From: a virus | Taxonomy: Duplodnaviria > Heunggongvirae > Uroviricota > Caudoviricetes | Length of the DNA: 64,000 nucleotides | Direction: 5' to 3' (one strand) | Virus record (IMG/VR): IMGVR_UViG_2609460125_000009 | In this document: one piece after another, positions 63,684-64,000 of the stretch | Position numbering within the stretch: the first letter of the stretch is position 1 | Layout of the letters: each line of letters opens with the position of its first letter | Program-made: the position numbers and the translations under genes | The notes under the pieces: generated by a model | The model's input: the letters and a program-made list of their open reading frames with translations, nothing else | What the model was told of the DNA's origin: nothing | Database searches by the model: none

Positions 63684-64000
63684 ATGAAGGCACTGATGGT
63701 TCGAACTGACTTCTCACTTGGGGAGTCGGCTTTAAAAGCAGAAAACGCGGTGAAGATTGCCAGAGAAGCTGGCTACACCGCTGTAATTTCAGCAGATAGC
63801 ATGAATATTGCGAGCGTTATTCCACTACAACGTGCCGCTGGTGACGACATGGCGGTTATTTGTGGTGTGAAACTAAACATCGTTGATGATCCCACATACG
63901 AGCACCGGGCTAAACTTGCTAAAGAGTCTAAGGGATGTATGGAATCATTGGAGCGAGGACGTAACTACTCGTTTACCGCTCTAATTAAAAATGAGAAAGG
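63684..64000 (+). CDS. PHP-domain DNA polymerase alpha-like protein, N-terminal part (3' end outside window)
   Basis: ATG with AAGGTAAAAA RBS; frame open to the window end; N-terminus resembles the DnaE PHP start but lacks the first His pair. Confidence 0.4.
   Translation, partial: MKALMVRTDFSLGESALKAENAVKIAREAGYTAVISADSMNIASVIPLQRAAGDDMAVICGVKLNIVDDPTYEHRAKLAKESKGCMESLERGRNYSFTALIKNEK

Noticed and set aside
63500-63709. 69-aa Cys-rich ORF between the CobS-like gene and the polymerase-like gene
   Set aside because: It overlaps the better-supported ATG and RBS of the downstream partial gene at 63684 and has no clear RBS of its own. Left unannotated; a small zinc-binding protein cannot be excluded.

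Overview
The window opens with the 3' end of a chromosomal methionyl-tRNA synthetase gene (metG, 1..972). From about 1.05 kb to the window end it is a single large temperate phage-like element. Calls rest on motif recognition and gene order only; no database search was possible. The element has a complete lambda-like siphovirus morphogenesis block (terminase small and large, portal, scaffold, capsid, Ig-like decoration, major tail, tape measure, M/L/K/I/J-like tail tip, long side tail fibre), a lysis cassette, a GNAT/RHH toxin-antitoxin pair, ParA partition genes, and a replication block (DnaB-like helicase, primase, ATP-dependent ligase, partial PHP-domain polymerase). It also carries four tRNA genes, a glutaredoxin, a tyrosine recombinase with an XRE repressor, and a CobT/CobS-like vWA + AAA pair. 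This gene content resembles SSU5/pHCM2-type phage-plasmids, which is an inference from recalled gene content. The left ~8 kb is an early region of small single-gene cassettes interleaved with iteron arrays and a strongly A+C-skewed non-coding stretch. Two intergenic motif families recur across the element: a GAAAACAA-N-TTGTTTTC palindrome and a GTAAGTA-N-TACTTAC palindrome. The best candidate for an undescribed system is a five-gene module (two ParB/Srx-like proteins, an ABC-type ATPase, a GNAT-like protein, a small wHTH protein) directly upstream of the terminase genes. Other unexplained loci are an AT-rich three-gene operon, a zinc-ribbon protein at the element edge, a GIY-YIG protein, and palindrome-capped structured elements around the tRNAs.
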